35,811 nt of DNA from an uncultured virus (IMG/VR IMGVR_UViG_3300025945_000001) (IMGVR_UViG_3300025945_000001), one strand, 5' to 3'; positions 18,072 through 26,801 are shown, counted from the first letter of the stretch. Notes: a model not told the origin generated them from the letters alone. Numbers and translations are program-made.

Positions 18072-18467
18072 ATGTCCGTTCCGAGGATGACGTCCGTGCA
18101 GTCGGTGACGGTGGCGGCAACCGGCGCGCCGGTGACCGGTGGCGACGGCTCGACCCAGTGTCGAGCCGTGGTCGCGGCGCTGAACGAGGACGAGGCGCTG
18201 CTGGCACGCACCGTGGACCGGCTCACCACCGATGAGCGCGCGGCGCTGCTGCTCGCGTTCGGTCGCGTCCGCGACGCCGCCAACCTGGCCGACCAGGGTG
18301 GCAACGTCGACGCCGCGCTGCTGCGCGCGGCTCGCGCGCTGTACCTCGTCGAGCAGAACCGTGAAGACGACGGCACGGAGGAGCAGTTTCCGCTCACCGT
18401 CCGGCGCGAGTACGTGCGTCGAGCCCGTCGCGTGGTCTCGGCGTACCTCAACAGAGACCAGGTGTAG
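18072..18467 (+). CDS. Hypothetical protein
   Basis: ATG 18072 with SD AGGAGG. Confidence 0.7.
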   Translation: MSVPRMTSVQSVTVAATGAPVTGGDGSTQCRAVVAALNEDEALLARTVDRLTTDERAALLLAFGRVRDAANLADQGGNVDAALLRAARALYLVEQNREDDGTEEQFPLTVRREYVRRARRVVSAYLNRDQV

Positions 18468-18550
18468 CGGCGACGCTACACGCCGCTCGGTACCGAGGAA
18501 ACGGAGATGAACGACAAGATGTGCCTAGCTGACTCGCTCGGGACGCAGCC

Positions 18551-18859
18551 GTGAGCGCGCGCGTCACCGGCTTCGTCGACCCCCGCAACGTGGGTCTGTG
18601 CACGTACCGCTCGCCGGCGTTCCCCGACGGCTGCCTCGCACCCGGGTCGTGGCACGGCGTCGAGCGCGACCTGCGCTACGGCATCGTGACGTGCGACCGT
18701 CACCAGCTGTTCATGGGCTCGCTGGTGTACTGGGTCCACGAGCTGGCGTCGCCCTGCGGACTACCGGCGGCTCGGTTCGTCGCCGCCGACAACCGGTGCG
18801 AGGTCGACTGGGCCGCCGCCGAGCGGGAGTTCGAACGACTCACCCGGAGAACGACGTGA
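18551..18859 (+). CDS. Cys-rich hypothetical protein
   Basis: 102 aa; GTGA coupling to the next gene. Confidence 0.6.
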   Translation: MSARVTGFVDPRNVGLCTYRSPAFPDGCLAPGSWHGVERDLRYGIVTCDRHQLFMGSLVYWVHELASPCGLPAARFVAADNRCEVDWAAAEREFERLTRRTT

Positions 18860-19068
18860 ACGTTCCGGAACACGTCACCTACGTCGTCGCCGGGCGTCAC
18901 GACTGGACGCTCGTCGAGTGTCCACGGCGCGGCGCGCAGGTCGAGTTCACCGTCAAGGTACCGGTGCGGCGTGGCTGGCTGATCGAGCTACCTAAGCCGA
19001 GCTACCTCTGCGCGCTCTGCGACGCGTCCATCACGACCTGGATCGTCTCACGGGAGGACGCACCGTGA
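18856..19068 (+). CDS. Small Cys-containing hypothetical protein
   Basis: GTG 18856 with SD GGAG; ECPR...LCALC. Confidence 0.55.
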   Translation: MNVPEHVTYVVAGRHDWTLVECPRRGAQVEFTVKVPVRRGWLIELPKPSYLCALCDASITTWIVSREDAP

Positions 19069-19343
19069 CCGAGCAGCGCACCTACCGCATCCCGGACGAG
19101 GACCTCGACACGCCACCGAACCTCGCGGCGACCCGCTACGCCGCCGACCCCGAGCACCCGCTGGCGCGCGTACCGCTCGGCGCCCTGCTGGTCGCGCGCC
19201 GGTACCTGTGGGTCGACGCCCGCGACGTCGACTGGGCGGACCTCGACGACGTCGAGGCCGTCGCGGACGCGCTGGTCCTCACGCTGGCGACGCACGGCCA
19301 CGTGAGGCTCGTCGCGTCGGTTGAACCCGTCACCGAGGAGTGA
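19065..19343 (+). CDS. Hypothetical protein
   Basis: SD GGAGG; 3' end overlaps the convergent terminase gene by 14 nt. Confidence 0.65.
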   Translation: MTEQRTYRIPDEDLDTPPNLAATRYAADPEHPLARVPLGALLVARRYLWVDARDVDWADLDDVEAVADALVLTLATHGHVRLVASVEPVTEE

Positions 19344-20763
19344 TCACGGTCGTCGCCATCTCCGTCGCCAGCCGCCCCACGCCCCGCGACGTGAGGCTCA
19401 CCAGCCGCATGTACCAGCCGGGCCACACCATCGCGTCGAGTCGGTCGGGCGAGTAGTCGCTCTCGGGAGTCCAGGTGCAGCACTGGTCCTCGAGCTCCGG
19501 GAAGTTACCGGCCATGTGCCAGCGTCCCCGCGCGGCCAGCGCGCTGACCGGCTCGGCCCGGACGCGCTTGCCGCGACTCGCCACGACCTCCTTGACCGGG
19601 ATCGAGACTCCCTCGGCCTCGCACGCGTCCAGCAGGACGCCGGTCGCCATGGCACCGCCGTAGTTGCGCTCGACCACCAGCTCGTCGGCGTCGTTGTCGA
19701 CGGCCGCCCGGACGGCGCGCCGACCCCAGCCCGCGGGTGGCAAGCAGCACGTCCGGTCGTCGACCACGACGCCGTGAAACACGGGTCGCGCGCCCGGGCC
19801 CGGCACCGGCGGGTCGGGTCCGCCGGCGTACGCGTACGGGTCGGTCACGAGGCCGCGCAGCGCCTCCGGTCGCACCTTCGACACCACCACGATGCCCTGC
19901 TCGCCGGCGCCTCCCGAGGGGTCGACGCCCACGACCGTCTTGACGCGCTGGCCCGGGTCCGGCGGCACCACCAGGCGGAACCGATCAATGATGTCGCGGG
20001 TCCACAGCGCGTCGCGGTCTTCCTCGAGCAGCTCGGCGTCGAGCTCCTGGCGACCGATCTGCGTGCCGCCGTACTCCTCGTTCAGCGCGGCCCTGACCTC
20101 GCCGTGCAGGTGTGGGTTGTCGCGCGTCGACGCCGTCGTCACGACGACGTTGTCGGGCGTCTCCTTGGCGAGCTTCTTGATCAGCGGCCGGGGCTTCGGC
20201 GTGGTACTGGCCACCCAGCGCGGTCGAGGACCCGACCGCAGGCCGAACCGGATCTGCTCCCAGCACGCCTGGAGGTACCGCCAGGCGGCGAGCTCCTCGA
20301 GCCACGCGAGGCACCGGTTACCACCGGCGCGCAGTCGCTCGACGTCCTCAGGCTCGCGCGCGCCGAACAGCTTGGCCTCGCTACCGTTGGGCCAACGCAC
20401 CACCGTGCCGCCGGGACTCTGCACGAGTCGCGCGGTCTCGTCGTGCGCTCGGATGCCCGACGGTCCGGCGAAGCAGGCCGTCACGGCGTCGCCGAGCGTC
20501 GGCGCGACGATGCCGATCCAGTGCGGCGCGCCGTCGCCGCGTAGGCACGGAGGTCCCTGAACGTGCTCGACGATGTACCGGGCGCAGGCGTCCGTCTTAC
20601 CCGCGCCACGACCAGCCAGCAGCAGCCAGCCGTACCAGTCACCCGGCGGCGGCACCTGGTGCGGAAGCGGCGTCCAGGGAGCCGGGCGCTTCTGGTAGTC
20701 GAGGAAGCTGTCGGCGGCGGCGCGCTTGAACGACTCGAAGTCGAAGTCGCGCGAAGCCGTCAC
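19330..20763 (-). CDS. terL: Terminase large subunit
   Basis: PHQ adenine motif, Walker A GRGAGKT, Walker B WLEELAAW, STTP coupling motif, nuclease VGVDPS, VERNYGG and SPDRLDA. Confidence 0.93.
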   Translation of the reverse strand: MTASRDFDFESFKRAAADSFLDYQKRPAPWTPLPHQVPPPGDWYGWLLLAGRGAGKTDACARYIVEHVQGPPCLRGDGAPHWIGIVAPTLGDAVTACFAGPSGIRAHDETARLVQSPGGTVVRWPNGSEAKLFGAREPEDVERLRAGGNRCLAWLEELAAWRYLQACWEQIRFGLRSGPRPRWVASTTPKPRPLIKKLAKETPDNVVVTTASTRDNPHLHGEVRAALNEEYGGTQIGRQELDAELLEEDRDALWTRDIIDRFRLVVPPDPGQRVKTVVGVDPSGGAGEQGIVVVSKVRPEALRGLVTDPYAYAGGPDPPVPGPGARPVFHGVVVDDRTCCLPPAGWGRRAVRAAVDNDADELVVERNYGGAMATGVLLDACEAEGVSIPVKEVVASRGKRVRAEPVSALAARGRWHMAGNFPELEDQCCTWTPESDYSPDRLDAMVWPGWYMRLVSLTSRGVGRLATEMATTVITPR

Positions 20764-20889
20764 GAGGCTAGCCTACGCGGCGCCCAGCGAGCTGCGCGTA
20801 CGTCGCTGGTCCAGCGCGACGCGCGCCCGCCAGCGGAGGACCGGTCGGCGCGACGCGCGACGCTGGCAACAACGCCGGTTGGTTGCTGG

Positions 20890-20927
20890 TTGACGAACTG
20901 TGTGATAAATGGTAGAATCGAACGTAG
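20890..20927 (+). promoter_or_regulatory. Sigma70-like promoter related to the array motif
   Basis: TTGACG-N17-TAGAAT with TG extension, followed by CGAACGTAG. Confidence 0.75.
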
Positions 20928-20964
20928 GAGCTACTGAACGTCGGAGAGTAAGGAGCGAACGCAC

Positions 20965-21447
20965 GTGGCGGACGATAAGAAGCCCGAGGACATGTCCGAC
21001 AAGGAGTACCTCGAGTGGAAGAAGCGACGCCGCGCCGAAAGGCAGTGGAAGGAGCTTCAGGGTCAGGCCGAGAAGGGCGCCGACGACGAACGGAAGGAGG
21101 ACCGGCGCCGCGAGAAGTCGATCACCTCGCACCTCGAGGACGTACTCGGCGACGACCTCAAGACCGTCGAGTACGAGGTCAGCATGATGGAGGAGGGTAA
21201 GGAGAAGCGCGAGGCCCAGAAGGCCCTCGAGGAGGTTCGGAAGGCCATGAAGGGCGGTTGGTTCAGCAGGGCCAACCCCGAGCACGTCAAGCGGGTCGCG
21301 CAGCAGAACCAGGGCAAGCTCGCCAAGCGGAAGAAGGGCTGGCTCGACTGCGCCGTGATCGGCGTGATCGGGCTCGGCGTGGCGACCCTGGAGGCCGCCG
21401 TGATCGGCGCCGGGCTGCACGACCTGGTCAGCGGCGTACTCGGCTAG
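20965..21447 (+). CDS. Highly charged protein with C-terminal TM segment
   Basis: K/E/R-rich 160 aa; SD AAGGAG; hydrophobic tail. Confidence 0.8.
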   Translation: MADDKKPEDMSDKEYLEWKKRRRAERQWKELQGQAEKGADDERKEDRRREKSITSHLEDVLGDDLKTVEYEVSMMEEGKEKREAQKALEEVRKAMKGGWFSRANPEHVKRVAQQNQGKLAKRKKGWLDCAVIGVIGLGVATLEAAVIGAGLHDLVSGVLG

Positions 21448-21460
21448 CTAGCAGGTAGGC

Positions 21461-21493
21461 GCGAGGCGCGCGGGCACTCGACGCGCGCCTCGC
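21461..21493 (+). terminator. Stem-loop
   Basis: GCGAGGCGCGCG / CGCGCGCCTCGC, a perfect 12-bp inverted repeat after the stop. Confidence 0.5.
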
Positions 21494-21521
21494 TCAACGA
21501 CGACGTTAACTGGGAAAAGCG

Positions 21522-22184
21522 ATGCCCAAGGACGAGGACTACCAGTCGCAGCTCGAGCGGGAGGCGCAGCGACAACGCAACCGTGAGGCCCGTCAGTGGT
21601 CGAAGGTGCGCAAGGAGCAGGCCGAGCGGCGCCACACGACCAACGTGGGCCTGCCGAACTTCGGCCGCGACGAGGCCAAGGCCGAGGCCGAGCGCGAGGC
21701 CAGCCGCCTCGCGGCGTCCGTCCGCAAGGAGATCCAGCAGGTCAACAAGAACCTCGACAAGGAGCTCACGGCGGTCGACGACAAGTTCGCCAAGCAGGCC
21801 AAGGAGATCGGCACCGTCGCCGAGCGCGCGGTGAAGCACGCCACGGACTCGGCCCAGCGGCAGCTCGGCCGTATCGAGCGCGCGGCCAGCACGAGGTCGG
21901 CGCGCATCCGCAAGTCGGCCGAGCGCGCGCTGGAGGAGGCGAAGACGCCGCAGCAGGTCAAGCGCATCCGCGAGCACCTCCAGGGTGAGCTGAAGAAGCT
22001 CAACAAGGAGGCCACCGAGGAGGCCGGCCGCGTTCACCGGAAGCTGCAGGCCGAGGCCGAGAAGGCCAACCGGCAGGCCAAGCGCGCGGCCGACGAGGCC
22101 AAGGCGAAGGCGAACCGCGAGGCCAAGCGCGCCAAGGAGGCCGCCGACAAGGCGGCCCGCGAGGCCCGGAAACGCACCAAGTGA
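21522..22184 (+). CDS. A/K/E/R-rich helical (coiled-coil) protein
   Basis: 220 aa; very strong GC3 bias; approximately 11-residue helical repeats at the C-terminus. Confidence 0.8.
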   Translation: MPKDEDYQSQLEREAQRQRNREARQWSKVRKEQAERRHTTNVGLPNFGRDEAKAEAEREASRLAASVRKEIQQVNKNLDKELTAVDDKFAKQAKEIGTVAERAVKHATDSAQRQLGRIERAASTRSARIRKSAERALEEAKTPQQVKRIREHLQGELKKLNKEATEEAGRVHRKLQAEAEKANRQAKRAADEAKAKANREAKRAKEAADKAAREARKRTK

Positions 22185-22207
22185 CGAGCGTCGCCGCAAA
22201 CCCGTGG

Positions 22208-22244
22208 TTGACGCGCGTCGATGTATATGATATAATCGACGTAG
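22208..22244 (+). promoter_or_regulatory. Sigma70-like promoter related to the array motif
   Basis: TTGACG-N17-TATAAT with TG extension, followed by CGACGTAG and a GAAC-rich leader ending in GGAGGAG. Confidence 0.8.
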
Positions 22245-22276
22245 ACGATCGAACGCGAACGAACGGAGGAGCGCGA

Positions 22277-22528
22277 ATGGCACGCGTACTACTGGATGTG
22301 ACCCTCGACAAGGACGAGGAACTCGCGACCGTCGCCCAGCGGCTGACCCACGACCTGGACGTCACCTGGCTGGACACCGGTCGCCGCAGCGGCGGCGGGT
22401 GGCCGGAGGTGGAGTTCACCGGGCCTCGCGAGGACCTGGAGGAGCTCCTGGTGGACTACCTGCGCCTCACCGTCTCCCGGGACGAGTTCGCGCAGCTCAT
22501 GGACCTGCTCGCGACCATCCAGGAGTGA
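22277..22528 (+). CDS. Hypothetical protein (GGGWPEVEFTG motif)
   Basis: ATG 22277 with SD GGAGGAG; the ORF-track start at 22181 would run through the promoter. Confidence 0.75.
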   Translation: MARVLLDVTLDKDEELATVAQRLTHDLDVTWLDTGRRSGGGWPEVEFTGPREDLEELLVDYLRLTVSRDEFAQLMDLLATIQE

Positions 22529-22648
22529 CGACGCGATGAACCTCCACGCCGACCAGGTGGCGGCTGGCCGACTCGCACGGACGATCCCACGCTCTCGTCC
22601 GTTGGTGTCGGTGGTCGGCGTGGTCCTCCCGACGACAGGAGTGACCAG

Positions 22649-22861
22649 GTGAAGACGATCGACGTGCGCGTCCTGGTGGCTGACGACACCGACCCCGAGG
22701 CACTGGTGGCCCGGCTGGCGGGCTTCGAGGACGAGCCCCCGGTGACCGTACTCGGCGCGGTGGAGCTGGTCGACGACCGACCACCGTTCACGGGTACCGT
22801 GCCCGGCGCGAACCTGCGCACGTCCGCCGACGCGGCGAAGTGGCGAGGTGAGGTCCGGTAG
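22649..22861 (+). CDS. Small hypothetical protein
   Basis: SD AGGAG; 70 aa. Confidence 0.6.
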   Translation: MKTIDVRVLVADDTDPEALVARLAGFEDEPPVTVLGAVELVDDRPPFTGTVPGANLRTSADAAKWRGEVR

Positions 22862-22977
22862 TGGGTAAGAAGCCACCCAAGCCCAACCCACCCCCGCCAC
22901 CCAAGCCCAAGCACCCGAAGCCGCCGGGTAAGGAGGGCACCCGGCGGCCGCCACCCCCACCCCAGCCCCCGCAGTAA
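22861..22977 (+). CDS. Proline/lysine-rich 38-aa peptide
   Basis: Hand-translated MGKKPPKPNPPPPPKPKHPKPPGKEGTRRPPPPPQPPQ*; TAGTG coupling; SD GAGGTGAGG. Confidence 0.6.
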   Translation: MGKKPPKPNPPPPPKPKHPKPPGKEGTRRPPPPPQPPQ

Positions 22978-23000
22978 CCACGGAAGGAAGTCAGTACCAG

Positions 23001-23180
23001 ATGGCCGACGACAAGGGCAACGGCAACGGCAACGGCAAGGGCAACGGCGACGGAGACGCCGCCGAGCAGGCTCGCCAGCGCGCACGCGAGACGGTGAACC
23101 GAGCCGCCGCGCGCGGCAACCCGGTAGCCAAGAAGATCCAGAAGCAGCAGCGACGCGAGGACCGCAAGGGAAACAAGTAG
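23001..23180 (+). CDS. Hydrophilic 59-aa protein with GN repeats
   Basis: Hand-translated MADDKGNGNGNGKGNGDGDAAEQARQRA...DRKGNK*; SD AAGGA. Confidence 0.65.
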   Translation: MADDKGNGNGNGKGNGDGDAAEQARQRARETVNRAAARGNPVAKKIQKQQRREDRKGNK

Positions 23181-23200
23181 CGAGAACCGGGAGAAATCAG

Positions 23201-23434
23201 GTGGCACGGCACGACGGCATCGAGGGTAAGCCGAGCTGGCAGGACAGCCAGCGCGCGTCGGACATCGCCGCGTCGCTCCAACGCCAGCGGGACAAGGCCG
23301 CGCTGGAGGCCAAGGCCAAGCAGATCGACCAGGCTAAGGCCAAGGCCGCGCGCGAGGAGAGGGCTACCCAGGCCGCGACGCAGGCGAACCAGGCCGCGAA
23401 GAACGTGAAGCAGGGCAGGGGGCGGAGAAAGTGA
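23201..23434 (+). CDS. A/Q/K-rich small protein
   Basis: 77 aa; SD GGGAG. Confidence 0.7.
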   Translation: MARHDGIEGKPSWQDSQRASDIAASLQRQRDKAALEAKAKQIDQAKAKAAREERATQAATQANQAAKNVKQGRGRRK

Positions 23435-23820
23435 CCGACGAGCCCGAGCTCGACGACCGGTCGGAGCCGTGGCGCGCGCCGCCGACGATCCGACGGGTGA
23501 CGCTCTCGGACGACTACCACGACCTGCTGCACCGGCTGGGCTCGCGCGACTGCCGGGGCCAGGGCGGCTGGCTGCGCGGACCGGCGCGACACGTCGCGCA
23601 CCGCTGGGAGTTCACGTGGGGTCCGCACCTGCGGACCTGGACGCTCTGCCGGCTCGGCCGGCACGCGCCGACGACGTTCTACCACGGCGTCGCCGAGCCG
23701 AGCGCGCGCGACGACGGCTCGACGCGCGCCGGCGGCTGGCAGTCGCGTCGGCGCGTCTGCCTGGACTGCGCGCTCCCGCTGGGACCGGTCGAGCGCAGAC
23801 CCGAGGGAGGCGAGTGGTGA
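23431..23820 (+). CDS. Cys/His hypothetical protein (paralog A)
   Basis: WTLCRLGRH...CLDCALPLGPVERRP...EW. Confidence 0.65.
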   Translation: MTDEPELDDRSEPWRAPPTIRRVTLSDDYHDLLHRLGSRDCRGQGGWLRGPARHVAHRWEFTWGPHLRTWTLCRLGRHAPTTFYHGVAEPSARDDGSTRAGGWQSRRRVCLDCALPLGPVERRPEGGEW

Positions 23821-24059
23821 CGAGGAGGACGTTTCCCGCGCGCGCTCGGCGACCGTGGCGGGCGTACACGCTCTGCGGACTGCGGCTGCACCGACCCGGC
23901 GCGCGCTACCGGCGCGGGTACGGCGAGACCGGCGACCTCGCCGCCGGCGGGTGGAGCTGCGACGACGTCGGCGAGTACGTCGAGCGGCAGCTCTACTGCG
24001 TGGACTGCCTACGGCTGCTGGGGCCGCTCCAGCGGAGACCCGGAACGGAGGAGTGGTGA
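23817..24059 (+). CDS. Cys/His hypothetical protein (paralog B)
   Basis: GTG 23817 with SD GGAGG; YTLCGLRLH...CVDCLRLLGPLQRRP...EW. Confidence 0.65.
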   Translation: MTRRTFPARARRPWRAYTLCGLRLHRPGARYRRGYGETGDLAAGGWSCDDVGEYVERQLYCVDCLRLLGPLQRRPGTEEW

Positions 24060-24238
24060 CGACGTTCGTGCTGCTGCGGTTCGACGACGACGGGCACGCC
24101 GAGCGGTTCCAGCGGGGACTCGCCGACGAGCTGGTCGTGATCGACGACCCACGCCTACGGGACGCCGGCCTACCGCTGGTCCGAGCTAGTGTGACCTGGA
24201 CGTACCGCGACTCGCCCCACGAGACGGAGGAGCCGTGA
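24056..24238 (+). CDS. Small hypothetical protein
   Basis: GTG 24056 with SD GGAGG; GTGA coupling. Confidence 0.6.
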   Translation: MTTFVLLRFDDDGHAERFQRGLADELVVIDDPRLRDAGLPLVRASVTWTYRDSPHETEEP

Positions 24239-24513
24239 GGTTCAGTCGACCCTGCTACGACAAGCCCTGGCGGTGCCCGGGCTGGGCCGGCGGCGGGATG
24301 AGGTACGCGCGGCGCGACCGCTGCGCGCACGGCCGAATGAGTGGCTGGCACGGCGACCGACCGTGGCCCACGTGGTCGCTCCACCGCTGCGACACCTGCG
24401 ACGTCGTGACGTGGCCGTACGTGGTGCGGTGGCTGAACCCGGTCACCGTGGCGCGCGAGCTGCGCGACCGCTGGGCGGGTCGCGCCCGGCGAGCGCGCGA
24501 GACGGAGGAGTGA
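24235..24513 (+). CDS. Cys/Trp-rich hypothetical protein
   Basis: PCYDKPWRCPGWAGGG...CDTC; SD GGAGG. Confidence 0.65.
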   Translation: MRFSRPCYDKPWRCPGWAGGGMRYARRDRCAHGRMSGWHGDRPWPTWSLHRCDTCDVVTWPYVVRWLNPVTVARELRDRWAGRARRARETEE

Positions 24514-24941
24514 TGACGGAGAGCGCGGAGGTTCGGCACCTACTGAACGCCCTGACCGAGGCGGTCGACCGGCGCGACGCGCTGAGACGCGAGCGCGACG
24601 GTCGCACGCGCGAGCGCGACGACGCCCTGCGGCGCCTGACCGCGCTGGCCGCCGAGTACGACTCCGTCACGGCCGAGCGCGACGCGTTGCGCCGCCACGT
24701 CGACCGGCTGCGGCTCGACCGCGACGAGTTGCGCGACCGGGTGACGCGACCGACGCGCGACGACGACGCGCCGCGCGCGACACCGCCTGCGGCGGCCCTG
24801 CGGTTCGAGGTCACCGAGTCTGCGCCGGGTTCACTCGCGTGGCGCGTCGTGGGGCTCGGCCGGAGGTTCGCGTCCGGTGAGTTGCGCTGGGGCGGCCAGC
24901 CCGACGACCCGGGCGCCCAGGTGGGAGGTAGCGGTGACTGA
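24513..24941 (+). CDS. Coiled-coil hypothetical protein
   Basis: ATG 24513 (TGATG coupling); repeated ERDA heptads. Confidence 0.65.
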   Translation: MTESAEVRHLLNALTEAVDRRDALRRERDGRTRERDDALRRLTALAAEYDSVTAERDALRRHVDRLRLDRDELRDRVTRPTRDDDAPRATPPAAALRFEVTESAPGSLAWRVVGLGRRFASGELRWGGQPDDPGAQVGGSGD

Positions 24942-25332
24942 CCAGGTGACGGGGAGCGGCGCGCCCGAGCCGTCGGGAGCGGACTGGGTGCCGGGCGACC
25001 CGGTGTACCCCGACCAGGCGCCGGGGTACCTCGGCGACCTGGACGGGCTGCGGCGCTGCGGGGCCTGCGGCACGGCGTGGGTGCTCAGCGTCTCCGGCGT
25101 CGAGGTGCTGGCGTGTCCCACCTGCGCCGGCTGGCGGTTCACGCCGGCGGGCAGCCGGACCGGGCGACGCGCGGAGCCGCTACCGAGCTGGCGGGACCTG
25201 GACGCCGAGGAGGCGGAGCCGGCGTGGGACCCACTGGCGGATCGGCGCGCGCTGCGTGCCGGCGTGCTGAACGAGAGGTGGCGGAACTACCAGCGGTGGC
25301 GGGAGCGCTGGCTGCGAGGTGAATCACGGTGA
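24934..25332 (+). CDS. Zn-ribbon-like hypothetical protein
   Basis: GTG 24934 with SD GGAGG; CGAC...CPTC. Confidence 0.6.
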   Translation: MTDQVTGSGAPEPSGADWVPGDPVYPDQAPGYLGDLDGLRRCGACGTAWVLSVSGVEVLACPTCAGWRFTPAGSRTGRRAEPLPSWRDLDAEEAEPAWDPLADRRALRAGVLNERWRNYQRWRERWLRGESR

Positions 25333-25379
25333 CGCGAGGACGTGAGGTCGTGACGCGGGGTCGGGACAGCCAGGTGAGA

Positions 25380-25433
25380 ACGGGAGCGAGCGCGCTGGGC
25401 TGGTTGGGCGCGTATCTTCGTGCTCGCTCCCGT
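25380..25433. terminator. Inverted repeat between convergent gene blocks
   Basis: ACGGGAGCGAGC (25380-25391) / GCTCGCTCCCGT (25422-25433). Confidence 0.45.
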
Positions 25434-25463
25434 CACCCCGCTAGGCGTGTGACCGGGTGGACA

Positions 25464-26138
25464 CTAGCCGGGCCGGGAGTCGCGGCGCAGCAGCACGAAG
25501 CCGTGGTGAATGTCGCCGGACTCGACCACGGTGAAGCCGCGGTCGAGGAGGTACGGCGCGGCGGAGCCGCACTTGCCGTTGAAGCCCCGCCGCGGCGCGG
25601 GCGGCGCGGGGGTGTCGTCCAGCGGGGAGGGCAGCTCCCAGGTGTCGTCGCACGCCACCAGCGCGCCGACCGGCAGGAACGGCTCGGCGAGCTGCGCCAC
25701 GACCAGGTGCGAGAGCTGGGAGGCGGCGCGCGAGTAGTCCTGGTGACGCGCGTGGTACTCGGCCCGCTGCGCGTCCCACGTCGCGTCGGGCGCGTGCGCG
25801 TAGGGCCAGTCGTGCCCGTCCAACCAGAGGAAGCCGAGCACCAGCGGTGGCGAGGTGGGGGTCGCGGGATCGCGCGGCACGCCGGCGAGCACGCGGGGCA
25901 GGACGTCCTCGGCGCGGCCGAGGTGCGCGGTGGTGTTCGGGAGCGCGGCGGCGCGGGCGTGTTGCGCCGGGTCGACGTCCACGGCGTGCAGCGGGGGCCC
26001 CACGCCGGCCAGGAACGTCGTGGAGCCGACCTCGCCGGGCGGGGTGTCGCGCTCGACGCCCACCTCCAGGATCACGGCGCCCGGGGGTAGGCTGGACCAG
26101 GGGACGTCGAGCGCGCGGCGGAAGGCCTGGGTGCCCAC
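25464..26138 (-). CDS. Class I SAM-dependent methyltransferase-like protein
   Basis: ILEVG.ER....GST, HAVDVDP, FLWLDGHD and GALVACDD: a Rossmann MTase pattern (Methyltransf_24-like). Confidence 0.7.
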   Translation of the reverse strand: MGTQAFRRALDVPWSSLPPGAVILEVGVERDTPPGEVGSTTFLAGVGPPLHAVDVDPAQHARAAALPNTTAHLGRAEDVLPRVLAGVPRDPATPTSPPLVLGFLWLDGHDWPYAHAPDATWDAQRAEYHARHQDYSRAASQLSHLVVAQLAEPFLPVGALVACDDTWELPSPLDDTPAPPAPRRGFNGKCGSAAPYLLDRGFTVVESGDIHHGFVLLRRDSRPG

Positions 26139-26407
26139 TAGGTGGTCCTCCGGGGGTGAGGTCGGGAGGTGACGGGAGTGCTCGGGACGGTGAGGGTGAT
26201 GGACGTGACGGGGGTGCCGGGTGGGAGCGACGTGAGGCAGTCGGGGCAGGTGTGGCGGTCGGCGGTGGGGTGCGTCAGCCAGCCGCGGCTCACCAGCTCG
26301 ACCGCCACGGTGGACCGGGCGTGGGCGTCGCGGGGAACGGTGAACTCGGTCGCGGGGCAGTCGTCGCAGACCACGGTGACGGCGCCGGAGATCACGCGGA
26401 TCAGCAC
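26138..26407 (-). CDS. Zn-binding small protein
   Basis: CDDC...GW.....HTCPDC; SD GAGG. Confidence 0.6.
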   Translation of the reverse strand: MLIRVISGAVTVVCDDCPATEFTVPRDAHARSTVAVELVSRGWLTHPTADRHTCPDCLTSLPPGTPVTSITLTVPSTPVTSRPHPRRTT

Positions 26408-26417
26408 GGGAGGTTCC

Positions 26418-26717
26418 TCACTCGTCGGCGCCCCACGCCACGTTCCGGGCGCGGCGCAGGGTGCGGATCAGGAGGTTGACGTCCGCGCGGCGCAGCGACA
26501 CGTGGTAGGGAGTCTCCACCAGCTCGGCGGGGGAGCGCGTGACGGCGTCGTCCTCGTCGTAGGGGGCGTCGGTCAACCAGCCGGTACCGAGCGTGACGCA
26601 GGCGCCGTCGCGGTGGAAGGTAACCTCCACGCCGGGCCGGCGGGTGAGGTTGACCGGGTGATCGACCTCGTCGACCGACCGGGTGTCGGACTGGGCGTAG
26701 ACGCGTTCACGTGCCAC
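26418..26717 (-). CDS. Hypothetical protein
   Basis: SD AGGAG; C-terminal N.LIRTLRRARN.AWGADE. Confidence 0.7.
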   Translation of the reverse strand: MARERVYAQSDTRSVDEVDHPVNLTRRPGVEVTFHRDGACVTLGTGWLTDAPYDEDDAVTRSPAELVETPYHVSLRRADVNLLIRTLRRARNVAWGADE

Positions 26718-26801
26718 GGGAGTGCTCCTAGGTTGTCGTTCACGACGACCCTTCGCGGGTCGTCGGTGACGCTACCAGGTGGGAGTGAGGTCGAGGTGGG
26801 A

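Noticed and set aside
22536..22652. 38-codon ORF between the 22277 and 22649 genes
   Set aside because: It fits the gap but has weak codon bias and no motif, so it is too uncertain to list.
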